Source of the DNA: Cirrosporium novae-zelandiae
Taxonomy: Eukaryota
Direction of reading: 5' to 3'
Length of the DNA stretch: 64,000 bases
Assembly (NCBI GenBank): GCA_026023565.1
Contig: JAPETS010000044.1
Location: 62,001-126,000, forward strand
Part shown: piece by piece, positions 37,947 through 51,690 of the stretch
Layout of the letters: each line of letters begins with the position of its first letter
Numbering within the stretch: the stretch's first letter is position 1
Program-made: the position numbers and the translations under genes
The notes under the pieces: generated by a model
Seen by the model: only the letters and a program-made list of their open reading frames with translations
What the model was told of the DNA's origin: nothing
The model's database searches: none

Positions 37947-38810
37947 ATGCAGGATACTTCATCGAATCATTTTTTCCCCTTGAGTGGACGTGATATTCAT
38001 CATGTCCCCCGAGCTGAAATCCTCCAAGCTACAGAGACTGCGCCAACCATCTACCAACAGGAGGGAGTTACTATTGTACGAGTGCACCAATCTACCGTGT
38101 TGAAGTATGGTTGTGGGGTTCATCTGTCCGAGGCACGAAATATGCGTTTTGTACAGAATCAGGCAAACATAAGAATACCTACAGTCATCGACGCTTGGGA
38201 ACTTGAAATACCCGAACCAGGGGAAAATCGACGGATGGGATACATTCTTATGGAATATATTAATGGCGAAACATTATCCAATATATGGTCTACTTTGGAT
38301 GCTTCAAAAAGGACTATTGTCTACGCCCAAATCTATCAATTCTTGCAACAACTTCACTCAATCAAAATGACGTTCCCTGGTTCTCTTGATGGGGATATTT
38401 CTCGAGGCCCTCTTTTTACCGACTACGGCGCCGGGCCTTTCAAGTCTCCCCAAGATATGGAGTCTTGGTTCAATGAACGTCTCCTTGTTTGCCAAGAATT
38501 TGGTCGACTTCCCTCCACACAACCTTCTTTCTCTGGACTTTTCGACGAGTTGGTCATGTGCCATATGGATATACATCCGCGGAATTTGATACTTGATGTT
38601 GACGACCGACTATATCTTCTCGACTGGGCATATGCCGGCGGATATCCTGTATTTTTCGAGACAGCCAACCTAATGAGAACCGGTGATCCTGATTTTTCTC
38701 ACAAATTACTCGACATGATTGGCGATGAACATGTAGAGAAGGCCAAAAGGTTGGTAGCTGTTGGGTTTGCATTGACCACAGGGGCATTGACAAAACCGAC
38801 CAAGAGTTGA
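37947..38810 (+). CDS. Aminoglycoside phosphotransferase (APH)-like / protein kinase-like fold protein
   Basis: Intronless. VLKYG..LSEARNM, IRIPTV, YILMEYING, Brenner-type HMDIHPRNLIL and LLDWAYAGGYP. Confidence 0.85.
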   Translation: MQDTSSNHFFPLSGRDIHHVPRAEILQATETAPTIYQQEGVTIVRVHQSTVLKYGCGVHLSEARNMRFVQNQANIRIPTVIDAWELEIPEPGENRRMGYILMEYINGETLSNIWSTLDASKRTIVYAQIYQFLQQLHSIKMTFPGSLDGDISRGPLFTDYGAGPFKSPQDMESWFNERLLVCQEFGRLPSTQPSFSGLFDELVMCHMDIHPRNLILDVDDRLYLLDWAYAGGYPVFFETANLMRTGDPDFSHKLLDMIGDEHVEKAKRLVAVGFALTTGALTKPTKS

Positions 38811-40609
38811 AATGAACTGAGGGGAAAATTTTATATCTCTGGTTTTGAATCGAAACGAAATTACAAAACGTTTTTATTTACCACCTATCTCTACCAGGTT
38901 ACCTTGAGTACTCAGTAAAATGCGTTCATATACCCGCCTAATAAACGTTTCCAGGATCAATTCCCCTTTGGTTTATCGATAATTAGTACCAGCTGTCCTC
39001 CCCTCCCATCTTCACGCAGTCAATACCCCCTGGATCTAATTTTCATCAACAATAAACTGATCGTCTTGGAGCAACTTCACAACCGAGGATACCCAATACC
39101 GAATTTTTCAATTCCCAACATACAGAAATACAGTAATCCCACATTCCAACACCCTTCCCCCACCCCAACATAATCAAGCCTACTGTAACATACCTACAAT
39201 ACCAACGATAAAAGCGGTGCTTGTGTTGGATTTTGATGCCTTATTCCGGCTAGGTTACTGTAGAAGTTAGATAATTAAATCCGAAACGAAACCGATCGAT
39301 AACATTTCTATATAAAAAAAAAAAAAAAAATGGAAGAAGATAGAAAAAAGATAGAAAAGACTTGATGTGATTTATTTCATCTATGGATATGTTTCCTTGT
39401 TTCCTTGGATCTTGGTATGCCTAATGGATTATTAGGGGATATGTGAGACTGCTGCGAAGTAGCAATTTCGATTTCTATAATTATAACTCCTATCCTAATC
39501 ACTCCTATCCTAATCAATTCCAAAATATATATATAATCCAACTTCCATGCATAAAGCCTTTGTCGTATTCATTCACTCACCAACTCATTATACTCTACCT
39601 TGAATAAAATAACTTACTATATCACCTATCCACCGACCCTTTTTTTTTCAAAAAAAATAAAAATAAAAATAAAAATAACAAAAAAGGGATTTATTAATTA
39701 GAGAATTTCTGAATTGAATTTGGATTAATTAAGGGGTAATTATTAGATCTCATGTTATTTTATTAAAAAGAAGAAGAAGAAGAGTTTGAGGAATCGTGTC
39801 ACCCCCCCTTCCTTCCCCTTATCCCCTTTTCATATGCCTACCATTCTACCCCGTCACTGATGGTCATGGTCATAGTCATGGTCATAATAGTTATAATTTT
39901 TTTTTTTTTTTAGACATGATTAACTGTTGTTGTTAGTAATTAGTAATTATATCCCAAAGCAAAGAGTTTGTAGTTGTAGTTTTGTAAACACCAATCATTT
40001 ATTATACGATAAGAACTCATACTCCAATCACCCTTAAGTAAAAGCTGAACCAGTCTGCGTACTGTACTGTACTGTACTATAGAAGGTGAAGGTGGTCGAA
40101 AGTGTTATGTTAACCCGATATACTAACGAGTTTACGGCCACTTTTATGTGTTGATAATTAACTCACACGGATTTTAACAATACCTCGTCATGTGTAGTGT
40201 GTAGTGTGCAGTGCTTTTTAAAAAAAAATGATAACACTACACTACTCGATACTATATACTATAGCTATAGCTATCTTTGTTTTAGTATTTATTTTATTTA
40301 CTGATTGATTGAGGAATTTATAAGTGATGTGCTGATTGAAAAGTATTTTTGTATTGAAGGTTGTAATTTACTGTAAAGTCTTGATTTGAATTTGTTGATT
40401 GAGATTTTTGATTGAAAACAAGGCTTCGTATTGAGACTTCTATCTATTGAGGTTTATATATTCAACTTCTTCTTCTGAATGACTGAAGACTTCTTCTACT
40501 GGAGTTTTTTTGATTAAAAGTTTTGATTCAACTTGCAACTGAGCTCTATAACTAAGCTGTAAAAGACTATTTACCGCAATGACCTACAATAACACAGCAT
40601 CTATGATCA

Positions 40610-41387
40610 TCAGACCGTATACAAGTAACCCATAGGTGCTTCAATATTCCTTTTCAAGAATGCTTTGTGCAAATTAGCTTTGATGGTATTTTGCGGTCTG
40701 TGAAGGTCCAATGTCTCTGTAAGAGGCCGAACTGTAGCGGTCCAAGACGGTGCTTCCTCTTTTTCAAAGTCGGCGGCGGCGGCGCCATTGCTTTGTGGTT
40801 CATTGATTGATTTATCTCGCCCAAGACCAAGCTCCAGTCGCCAATTGAAAGCATCGACCAGGGCCTCGACCATCCTTGCCAGGAGAGTATATCTCACAGG
40901 ATCACTATCTTCGGAGTCCGGTATTGCTGATAGTCGCCAGCGGCGTCCTGCATGATAAAAAAAAGTAATCACATTCATAACCCATCAAGATGAAGTTATT
41001 TGCGCATCGATCGTCGTAAAGGTGATAGAGAGATCGCATCGGCGTATCACGTATACGGTAGAGCGGAATTTCAAAAAGTTGGAGAAGACCAGATTGATGG
41101 AAGTTTATAATCTTTTCTTCGTCTTCTGTACTTGAGAGCGTGTGTACGGGCAGTGGATCGGGCAGGTTAAAGCGCCAAGGGAACGGCCATAAAAGTTGAC
41201 GTTCAAGTTTTGTAGGTTCTGAACAGAAACGGAGGCGATTTAGAGAGGTTCGAATTTGTGATGTATCAGCAACATGGCCTTTGTCGAGGGTTGAGATGTG
41301 GTGTTCAGTAGGGACATATTGGTGTTTTGGATGCATAGATTTGCCATCCATCAAGGGGTTCAATTCGAATGAGGAGAAAAGAGACAT
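40610..41387 (-). pseudogene. Fungal hypothetical protein split by a +1 frameshift in an A8/T8 run (40957-40964)
   Basis: Overlapping ORFs 40905-41387 and 40610-40978 join as ...RDTPMRSLYHLY...MGYECDYFF|YHAGRRWRLSAIPDSEDSDPVRYTLLA...AFNWRLELGL if one T is removed. Confidence 0.6.
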
Positions 41388-41859
41388 GGTTCCATCAAAT
41401 TAAAATAAATTGCCTTTGAGAGCCCGTGCCTGGGCATACTGGGCTACCTTTTCCCCTTCCCCTCTCCATAATGCGGGGTCCCCAACCCCCCGTGCCCCCC
41501 CCCCAAGTTTCAAACCCCACTTCTCAATATGGTCCACCGTACATCTCCTTTCCTATCAATCCTTTCATGTATTAGCTTGCCTTACAACTAGGAAATAGTG
41601 AGGACCTGAATCTGTTACGAGTATAAGCGCATGAAATACTATTTCCATTCTCATCATAGGTATCGAGCCACCTGACCTTTTCACTTACTATTGTTTCATA
41701 ATGACATTCCTTCTATCTAGGAGTAAATCGAGACAGGCTTCTTCCCCACGAGCATACCACAATCACAGCAGGGCTCCTCAGTATCAGAAGTCAGCTTCTA
41801 CCAAATCATGGGTTGACACTCCTTTCATTCAAGAGCTGACACAGCCAATCCATTCTTGC

Positions 41860-42420
41860 ACATGCGGCTCACAGAGCTGTCAGGTGTTTTCAATCATCTG
41901 TGGGATAAAATGCCCTTTATCAGATCAACGGCCGAGGAACTCATCTGGTACTTCAAGGTAAGCGTGGTGGTAAGCTTGTCTCTTTCCTTTATCAATCGAC
42001 TGTCACTTGCTCTACTCCGGATAGCTAATCCTCGATTTATTCACTGCAGCGACGCTTTCTAACAGCTAAGAACTTCCTACCATCCCTCTCAAAAAGCAAA
42101 CTCGGAAAAATGATCAACATCTCCTCCGACACGGCCAGCATAGCAAGTACGTTCCATACATGCCAGGCGTTTTTCTTCAGCGCGAACTCCCCTCTGAAAA
42201 AATACCACATCCCCTAATATTATCTAAACAACAACGAAGGCGGAAGGCCCTCCTACCGAATCTCAAAATGTGCCGTCAACCAACTCACAAAAACGGCAGC
42301 TGTTGATCTGCAGAAACTTGCCCCTCAGCGTGCTAGCCCTCACCGCCCACCCAGGCTTTGTATTAACAAACATGCTGGGATTTTATGGCGTCGACGATAT
42401 GGAAATGGTGTAATTGTCGA
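41860..42420 (+). pseudogene. Short-chain dehydrogenase/reductase (C-factor-like) relic
   Basis: Fragments STAEELIWYFK, MINISSDTASI (42110), SYRISKCAVNQLTKTAAVDL (YxxxK at 42254) and HPGFVLTNM, with frame disruptions. No intact N-terminal TGxxxGxG was found. Confidence 0.65.
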
Positions 42421-43873
42421 AGGATGCAATTTCCGACTCAGGTCATCTAAGCAACAACATTTTCTACATTAATATAGCCTCTCTCAGAAATCCTCTTGGT
42501 AAGGCCGCTTGACGATAAATTCCCGCACCTGCAACTTGCAAATCTGGCTACCCTTCTTCACACTAACCCAAACCCCTTTTTTCTTCTATCCCTCCTATCC
42601 CTATCTTGTCAAAAGGAAAGCAACCCTACCCAACCCAACCAAACACTCTCATACTTTCTCTTACAACACCCAAGCCAAACCTAAAAAAAATGGGGGGGGG
42701 GGGGGCGTGGGGATATCCAATCTATCTAATTCGCTAATCTAACTTGCTTGCTTGAGCGAAATAAATAAATACTCCTACCCACCCATCATGTGTTTTGTTA
42801 GATGTTAGGATATATATATATATAACGTGGTTTGTAAAGTACATAGATATACCTGTATATGGATCACCGTAATATATGTTATGGAAACTATATTTGTGGG
42901 AGGATAGAAGGGTGAAAAGAGAAAAGGAGGATTTGGTTAAAATGGGTATATAGTCTAGTCCAATGATTATTCATTTGATGATCCGCATGTCGAGCCTTTA
43001 AGTTATGGCTGACATCGCTTTTGAGGTTGAACAGTACCGCCTGAGCTGCGGACCCCCAGCGCCCCCCTTGCGGGTGTATGTTTGTAACGCGGGATAGTGG
43101 GAGGGGGGTTGAAAGGGGATATGATGTAATGAAAAATTACTTGACCATGTACTGTACGTTTAATTATCTGAGATGCGTACAGTAGAATTAAAATAAATTC
43201 CTAACCAACTGACCATCACCCCCCGTTCCCGCTCCCGCTCCCCCTCCACACCTCGTAACCCGCATTTGCATCTATCTGTATCTGCATCTGGATCAACCCC
43301 AACCCCAACCCCCCCAAAAAAAAAACAATGATCGAATCCTCCTGCAGATCTCCCCTGCAAAACAAACAAACAAAACCGAAGGCCCACAAACCCAACCTGC
43401 ACCCGCACCCACACACCCGCATCCTCAAGCCTACCTAACCTCAACTCCAACTCACATCACTAAACTAACTTACAAAAAAGGGAACCAACCAACCAACCAA
43501 CTCTGGATATAAATATAAAAGATAAATATCATAATCTCCACCAAGGATCCATCTTTATTTAAAAATAAAACCAAGAAATCTGGAGTTCTCTAATAATCCG
43601 CTAAACCCTGAAACCGTTATGATTTTTTTTTTTTATTTGTTTAGCCATGTATCTACAGGATGGTATGTGTATTCTGTGTGTAACATAGAACATAGATATA
43701 GAGTTGGAAAATTGGAAATTCTTCAGGGGGTTTTTTGGAGAGGCGAGGGGGGGGGGGGGCTTAGTTTATCAGTGTGGGTTTGTTTAGGTTTAGGTTTAGG
43801 TTTAGGTTTTGGTGCGATGTGGTGTAATTAGTGAAGTGTTATTGGGTTTAGTAGTTGTACAGTAATATGTATC

Positions 43874-44488
43874 TTATAAACTACAGGACAGGGAGGGAGC
43901 CAGGGGAGGGAGAGCCAGGGGGGGACCACCGTCGTCGATAATTCTTCTTGTAGGTATCTTGCCAACAGTATAAAACATATGGGCAAGCTCATATTGTAGA
44001 GTTGAGAGCATGACCCAAATAGACAATTCTATGGCTGGATCTAGTGGGTTAACTACCCCAGAAGCGACTTTTCTAGAAATCTGATTCATGACTTCTGTGG
44101 CTTTACTGAGAATGTCATGGCTGTGACTATACCAGTCCAGCTTGTCATCAAATATCATTACCTTTTCTCTCTCTCTCCTTTCTTGCATCAAGTTATTGAA
44201 GCAATGCGTGGTGATAATAGAGGTTCCATCGTCATCATAGCATAGGAACAGGTTGGCATCTAGCGGACAGGAAAGCACTTCACTGATAGAACCGAAGAAG
44301 AGCCAACTTTGAAGAAACGCTGTAAAGGTCGTCGGCGTTTGTTCGAGATATTTACCGCTGAGAATGTCCTCGACAGCCCATCCTTTCCGTTCAGGGAATG
44401 TAAAGAATCCTTGATTGTCGTAAATTTCTCCTAGATAGGGCACTTTGACTGTATTATAAATCTTACTGCATGTTGGAAGATGATCCAT
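43874..44488 (-). pseudogene. Truncated N-terminal part of a HET-domain-associated fungal protein
   Basis: MDHLP..VPYL..YD..GF..FPERKGW..FLQSWLFFG resembles the N-terminus that usually precedes a HET domain in this family. The ORF ends at 204 aa in duplicated low-complexity sequence (PPLALPPLAP) and no HET domain follows. Confidence 0.55.
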
Positions 44489-44827
44489 TGCGAGAAATGG
44501 CTGTCTGAATTATTTGTTTGCGAAGTATTGAATTTAAGATGGTACTGTAATCAATTAATTCATGCCACTATTCCTTATCTTATCTTTGATCGGGTTACCA
44601 TCTAATTACCCCCGGTAACATCATCAATTTTGAAATGATCGTCAACATAGACCGGATCAATTGCCATACCCAAGTCATTCGCCCGAGACTGTAACGTGCT
44701 CATGAAGACAGAAACAGAATAAATATGCGAGAATACGTGTTCCTTCTACATCTGAATTTTAGAGGTACAGTACATGCAAGTCTTTCTATGAATCAACTTA
44801 ATCAATTTAAGAACAAGTAATTTGATC

Positions 44828-46168
44828 ATGGCAGCGACAACAACAACATCCTTACCCGTATATATTACTTCCTCCACTTCTACAGCTTCTCTGGGTTAGT
44901 ACTGACTGCATTTGAATAGCCTCAAGAGCATAACGACGTTGACTCAGCACTTGGGTCAGATACAGAATCACTCACTCAGACCATCACCGCTGAAAATTAT
45001 AGATATCGGTATCTAGACAACGGGCGGTCAATTCACCCATTTGAGAGCGCGGGCTATCTGCTTCCAAATGATGAACGAGAGAAACATCGCTTGAACTTCC
45101 AACATGGCATTTGGTTGACCACTTTGGATGGGAGATTATATCTAGCTCCTCTCAAGCAGGATATCCAGAATGTGCTCGATGTTGCCACGGGCACTGGTAC
45201 ATATATTCAATCCATGACTAGAAAGTAATTCTCACACAAAGCAATAGGCATTTGGGCTATGGAATTTGCGGACAAGTTTCCCTCTGCACAGGTTATCGGG
45301 ACGGATTTAAGCCCTATGCAACCAAATTTGTGAATATTAATTCATCTGTTGCGGCTCCCAGACCCTGACCAACCTTCCAGGAGTGTGCCACCTAACTGTT
45401 CATTCGTTGTTGAGGACAGTGATAATAGTGAATGGATTTTTGATATCAAGTGAGCGTTAGCCGATTAAAAGAGGGCACAAGAACAAAACCAAGATGAGAG
45501 GGGCTAAACGCATGGTGATAGGTTTGATTTCATTCATAATCGATCATTAACATCAGGGTGGAAAAACTGGCCTCGTTACTTTGATAATTGCTACAAGTAT
45601 GCATGGACTAGTGTCTGACTGACGGAAATGTCTAAATATGACTCTTAGGTTCCTCAAGCCAGGTGGCTGGCTCGAATGTCATGAATTTGAAATGACCATG
45701 GTAAATGCCGATGATGGTTCCAACACTCCACCAAATAACCTCTGTGTTGAATGGAGCGGCTTCATGCGCGATGGATGTATGGCTGGCGGTGTCAACCCTC
45801 AATGCGTTTCTCACTTCGGTGAATACCTTAGAAATGCCGGTTTCATTGATATTCACAAAACGCTGTACAGATGGCCGTGGTGTCCATGGAGCGATGATCC
45901 GAAAGAGAAGGAAATAGGGAGAATGAATGCCATAAACCAAGATGCGAGTAGTATGAGTCTGGGACTACTTACAAAGAATTTAGGATGGAGTCGGGAAAGG
46001 GTGGAGGTTTATTTAACTGGGGTGAAGAAGGCATTGCTGGATACAAATTTACATACATATGTTCCTGTGTGAGTAACCCCTGTTGCATTCTCAGCGTGAT
46101 GATTCTGATGTTGTATCAGGTTCATATGGTGGGCACGAAAGCCCGAAATCCTAGAGCCCAACAAATAA
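44828..46168 (+). CDS. SAM-dependent methyltransferase (LaeA-like/Methyltransf_23 fungal family), multi-exon
   Basis: [73 protein letters not shown], final exon WARKPE. Confidence 0.92.
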
Positions 46169-46515
46169 TGATTTTGGCCTCGATGATATCGGACCAATAC
46201 TATGGGAGCGTAAGTTGTTTTGGGAAATTCGAGAAATTCCTAGACCTTTTAGGTAACCAATTGGATGAGCTCACCTCATCCTTGATCATCTCCAAGTATC
46301 ATAGATATCTGAATATTTTCCTAATGTTGAAGAGTGGTCAGCGGTCACTGAATGGGAATTGTAGAGATTAGAAACATTGGCTTCTCGGCCGAATATGCCT
46401 AGAGATCGGCTAACTCCGTATTTATAGATAAGAATACCTTCATGACAGGCAGTAGGATTTCAATTGATCATCATGTCTACCAATTGTTCATTAAATATTG
46501 AACGAGTAACGGCTC

Positions 46516-49500
46516 ATGTCCGTAAGGACTATCGACATTATTCAAGACGATGGCGTCTTGCCTTCGCCAGCAAAAAAACAGAAACTGCTTGCTTGCCGAC
46601 GCTGTCGGCATCGGAAACAAAAGGTATCGTCAAATATCGAATATCGAATATCGAATATCAGGCTCAAAGCTAATTCATCCCAGTGTGATGAAGTTCGACC
46701 ATGTGAGAATTGTACAAGGTCTGAAGAAGGTATGTATCTTGAAAGCAAGCCCTTACAACACACAATTAAGCTGAAACCTATTAGAATGCGTGCCGACTGA
46801 GCCTGCTTCGGCCAAATCACAATATGAGACTGGGTAGGTGAAGCAATCACTACTTAATGCCAATTCAAAATACATGTTGCATGGCTAACTACCACTCTCA
46901 AATAGATTTATCCAAGTATTAGAGCAAAGGATCGCTGAGCTTGAATCACTGAACCCGCGCGAATCTCTCGATCATCTACCTCAACCATTTCCTACCGAAC
47001 ATGCCTCTGCAAGAGAGTCTCAGGGGGAGTTGCATAGGTTAAACAACACAAGGAAAAGGAAACGGGCGTATTCCAAGTCTATCAACCTTAATTTACATCT
47101 ACCCGAAATATCAATCGACAGCAGTCAAACTACATTTGCAACACACTCCACGGCTCAGCAGGCCCCTTCTGTCTCACCCAATCATGAAAATAGCTCCAAC
47201 TCTCCTCGAAACTTCTTAGGGAATCACTCTGCATCAGTGGTTGACTCTGCCGCGGAACTTGCGTCGATGAATAGACGACACTGGCGTAATGCCACAATCC
47301 AAACGGGATTTGAAACCTCCACAGTTGAAGGCATCACAGTCTTAGCAAGTATGGACCACGGAAGGAATGGAGAGATTGGATCTTCCCATTCAAATTCTAC
47401 GAGTGTAAACAACATCCCCCAAGCGATTGCAAGCGCCGATAACTCCGCCCCCCCTATTAATATTTCTCCCCAAATGGAAGATTTATTTGTGAAAGCATAT
47501 TTTGAGAGAGCGTATTGTCGATATCCTTTTCTTGGTCCTAGAACATTTTATACTTGGCTTAATTCTTGGAAATCACACTCTTCTCAGTTGAACCCCAGTG
47601 ATGAAAACGACCTTTGGAAAGGTTTCTTTGTTAACATGGTAAAACGCATTTATAAAACCTCAGGGTTCATCTTCAAAACAATTAGCTGACTAGTTTGTAG
47701 GTCTATGCTGTTGGTCTATTGTTGGCAACTCAGGATGCGACGGAGAGAAAACACAGCTCACAGGTAAGTCCAATTGTTATTCTAGATGTTAATCCAACGA
47801 TTGAGAAGAATCAGCTGCTCAGATTGGAATTTAGACAATTTACAACTATGCTGTTAGCGTCTACTTCCCGGCTGTACTAGCACATCACAATCGAGTTCTT
47901 CATGCACAAGCGTACTTATTAATGGCAATGCACGCTCTTCACTCACCTTCCAGTGAAAAGATCATTACACTGGCCTCCTGTGCAATGCGCTCTTGTACCA
48001 TGGGCCAACTTCACATCTCGGAGTCCGTACTTGGGTTAAGTAATAAAGCAACTTTTCAGGAATTACAAACCCGTCGACGAGTGTTCTGGTCTGCCTATGC
48101 ATTGGACAGGGCAGTGGGTACTGCTTTTGACCTTCCATTTACAATTTCTGATGACAATATTTCCGTCGAAGTCCGTACCACCACCCTGACCACTTAAGAC
48201 ACTAGACTAAGAATAGTAGATGTTTGCGAACGTCGATGATGATGAACGACTTCTCCAAGCCACCGATTCGCCTCGGACGAGAGAACTCCAGAATAGTGTT
48301 AGCCGCACAAGCATCTCATCAGCCTTACACATTGTTCATTGTAGACGAATACAATCCGAGATCCTTAGCACTACCCTCCACCATAGCTTTCTCAAACATC
48401 CAAATTCTATATCTGACTGGAGATCTCGCATTTTAGCTAAATTAGATCACTGGAAATCACAGTGCAAGCAGTTTTCCGACCCTGACTCGAAAGGATACAC
48501 AAGTGATGGGTGGCTAGGTATGATATATCATTATAGCCTGGTTATGCTCTATAGACCCACAAAAGCAAGTGTGAGTGGGCCAGCTGGTGATTGGTCTGTT
48601 CAAGCAAGCAGTAAGGCTTGTTTAATTTTTCGGGGATTTCAAAAGGAGCGAACAATCGCACAGCATTGGCTTGGAGTAGGTTTAATTCCTTTCTATTCAT
48701 TGCTTCATATATTTGCGAGCCCTAGGTGTACTCAGGCCAAGATGCTGGATTTGAAAGATGTAGCGAGAAGAAATTTGTGTCATTTAACCTGTGATTTAAA
48801 TGTTGATTCCGGAGAGGCCTTAATTTCTCTATGGATGCCATGTTAAGGAGGTCATTATGCGCTGCAGACTCGATAGTCCTTCTCTTATTCTAGCACTCGC
48901 GAAGCGCTAATATTTTGACCCTTTGAGATCACACTGCGAACATTGATTTTTCGGAGGCCTTGAAGACTTTCTATAATCCTTCAACTTTGAATTGCATTCA
49001 GTCAGACAAGAATATCACTGGGACTAATAGTTCTGTAGTTGCTTACTCAATTTCAAATTGGTGTTACACTACTATATTGCTTTTGGGCTACGCCGCCACG
49101 TTTTCGAACCGATTCATACTACTCTCCTGATGTTCCCGATGCTCTTCGGGCCTGTTCTAATGTCCTTGCTATTCTTGCCGAGCGCTGGAAGGAAGCAGAC
49201 TGCTTACGCGACGTCTTTGAACTGTTGGCTCGAAATATACCGCTCGTTGACCGACCCCTACACCCGAGACGTGGTCACCCCGACTATGAAAAAGGTACTT
49301 ACTCAAGTCCCCAGCGAGTGAGCAGTGAGGTAGAAAATAAAATTCGGTCGAGGTGGGCAATGCTTGAAAGTCTCGTCGTTCACCGTGCAATTCTAAGAAT
49401 GATTGACGAAATGATAAGTGAGGATTTTCCTCGCCCGGAGGATGATGCGGCTGAAGAAGTAATCGAACAAGGGAGCCGACTTCAATTAATACGGCCGAGA

Positions 49501-49665
49501 TGGTCTTATATCGATCAGCAACAATTTACCGGAGATAATGATAATGGGCTAGCTCTGCAGTCATCATTCTTGGACAATAGTTTTAGCTTTCTAACCACCA
49601 ATTCATGGCCATTGGGAGAAATGGGGCAGAACTTTGATCAAATATCTAGTATTCAAATTACATAA
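46516..49665 (+). CDS. Zn(II)2Cys6 transcription factor with fungal-specific TF domain, multi-exon
   Basis: ACRRCRHRKQK|CDEVRPCENCTRSEE|ECVP, coiled coil IQVLEQRIAELE, RRRVFWSAYALDR, C-terminal ACSNVLAILAERW. Confidence 0.9.
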
Positions 49666-49787
49666 CTTCAGAGACACGATAACGGGTTCAAGTTATCACC
49701 ATGCTAGCTCAATCTATTCCCAAGTCTTGTTATGACATTTCTCTCGGTGGGAGTTATGTATTTTCAACTACTCACGAGGAAGGCTTA

Positions 49788-51271
49788 TTAACCAAACTCC
49801 TTCAGAACCTCAGCTAGTCTTCTCACACCTTCAGCTATTTCATTCTCTTCATGCCAAGCCCAGGTAAGCCGCGAACTTCTCTCTATAAGATTTCGATTTT
49901 CAATTTTCGTCTTATCACCCCAGGCTAAGAACATAGTCCCATATGGAATTTTCAATGCATAATTATCAAGAGCGCGGGCGGCAATTACATTTGCGGGAGG
50001 CAGTTCCGCCGGGAAAGTGATATAAATAAAGAACCCTCCTGAAAAACACTGGTACTCTTGTCCCTCGCTTTCTGTCCCTAGTGTAGGGAGACTCGATTCA
50101 TACGGTTTACCAGTATCAATCTTCACCCCTAGCGGAATGAGGTGCTTAGAAATGGCTGCCATTAAAACGTGATAACGTTTCTCATAAGTAGGTATCAGGA
50201 CTGAAGCGATGTGAGATTGCAGATCTCCAGTCGAAAGAAGGTCGTCAATGAAGACGGATGTAAATTGGCTAGGTGCCCCTCCTGATCGCGTACTTCCTCT
50301 AAGAATAATGTCAGTTTTGCAAATATTTCTGATTCAATTAGGTATTAAGGGACATACACAATGCTCAACCGTGAAGAAAATGCTTCAGTTCCTTCAGCCC
50401 AACCGACCCTAACTCCTGGGCCTACAAGTTTTGAAAATGATCCGTTACTCACACTATTACCCCAATCCCCCGAGCCCTCTAACTTTCTATCTAGATCCAC
50501 AATCCTGGGAGGAACAGGACCTGGCAATGCATAGCCATTTGTGATCTTCGAATCAGTGGGCCATCTAAGGAAATCGTATACATCATCTGTGATGATCAGC
50601 GCATCAAACTTCCGCGCTAGTTGCAGCAATTGAATCCGTCGTGCCAGAGACATTGTCTTCGCACTGGGATTAGAAAATGTAGGGACCGCATAGATGATAT
50701 GCTTATAAAGCTTGGGATATCTGGGTCCTGCTTTATATGACTGTTCTTCGGGTCTCGTTTGGTGGTCAACAGCTTCGATGGCTTTTTCTAAGAAGCTCAC
50801 GTCTAGGCCTTCATTATCCTCTGGAACGCCGGTTAATCGGCCTTGGAAACCGGAATCTTCAAAAATGCGGCACGCCAAAAAATATGTAGGCTCGATCATC
50901 CAGATTCTCCGGGTGTAGATTGGGTCCGTGAACACCTGCAAAATGCTGGCGAGGTTTTGCGAGGCACCTCCAGTTATACAAATTCGTCCTTCGCTGATCC
51001 GACCAGCTTCTGGCATATAGAAGTCAGAGAGCCAGGCGGCAATACTTTTGCGCAGTGGACCATGCCCAATGTCTGGCCCATAGAGAAGAGCCGCTGTGGC
51101 AAGATCTGGGTTTGACAGAGCTGTGATTGATGCTTGCTGCAACTTAACTGTGGGAAGAAGCCGAGGTGATGGCCTATAATATTTAATTCCTCGTTCATGT
51201 CATTTGGCAAATGCTGTGAATGATTATACTAACCAGCCTAGTTGAAGATTGATTGGAGCTAACTCGTCCAT
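49788..51271 (-). CDS. Class I/II PLP-dependent aminotransferase (YER152C/2-aminoadipate transaminase-like), two introns
   Basis: INLQLGW|PSPRLLP, LLYGPDIG, ITGGASQNL, EPTYFLA, YAVPTFSNPS, ITDDVYD, SNGSFSKLVGPGVRVGW (PLP lysine), GGFFIY. Confidence 0.92.
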
Positions 51272-51499
51272 GCTTTAACATATAGTATTAGAGCAAAGGA
51301 GAGCGTTATATGGGCATTTATTGCAATGATTATATCTGTCATGGTAATTGACAAGCTATGAAGCCTTCCAGAGATTTTTCTTGGTTGCTTTGTTTGGTGA
51401 TTTCAATACGCAGTTTTGCCCTTATTCCCACGCGGATATACAATGGACTCTAAAGCCTAGTGTTGGAACAGAATGATAGGTATAGATGGGCACCGTTCA

Positions 51500-51690
51500 C
51501 GTCATCAAAGATAACGATAACGCTCCCCTGCAACCTTCAACTGGGACGCTGAGACTAGGTTAGAGCCGGCTTTTGGGATTAAAGCCTTAGGACTGAGGCT
51601 AGGTTTCCTCCTCACTTCGGGCACTTCGGGCCTCGGCATGTAAAGAAATCTGGCCGAAGGTTTCGGACTGTCAGTCCGATGAACTACTGC
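51500..51690. promoter_or_regulatory. Divergent-promoter elements: GATAA pair (51510, 51516), CACTTCGGG direct repeat, and the 17-bp palindrome TCGGACTG-T-CAGTCCGA (51663-51679)
   Basis: Seen directly between the divergent ATGs at 51271 and 51966. CGG triplets are the typical Zn2Cys6 half-sites. Confidence 0.55.

Noticed and set aside
43783..43806. (TTTAGG)4 telomere-like tract
   Set aside because: Only four units, not canonical TTAGGG, and similar hexamer microsatellites (CTAGGG, CCCGAT, CCTCGT) occur throughout the intergenic DNA.
44828..46168. Methyltransferase as a member of the aminotransferase/ICL cluster, or as LaeA itself
   Set aside because: It belongs to a large, widely scattered paralog family. 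Adjacency alone is weak evidence and orthology to LaeA cannot be shown by eye.
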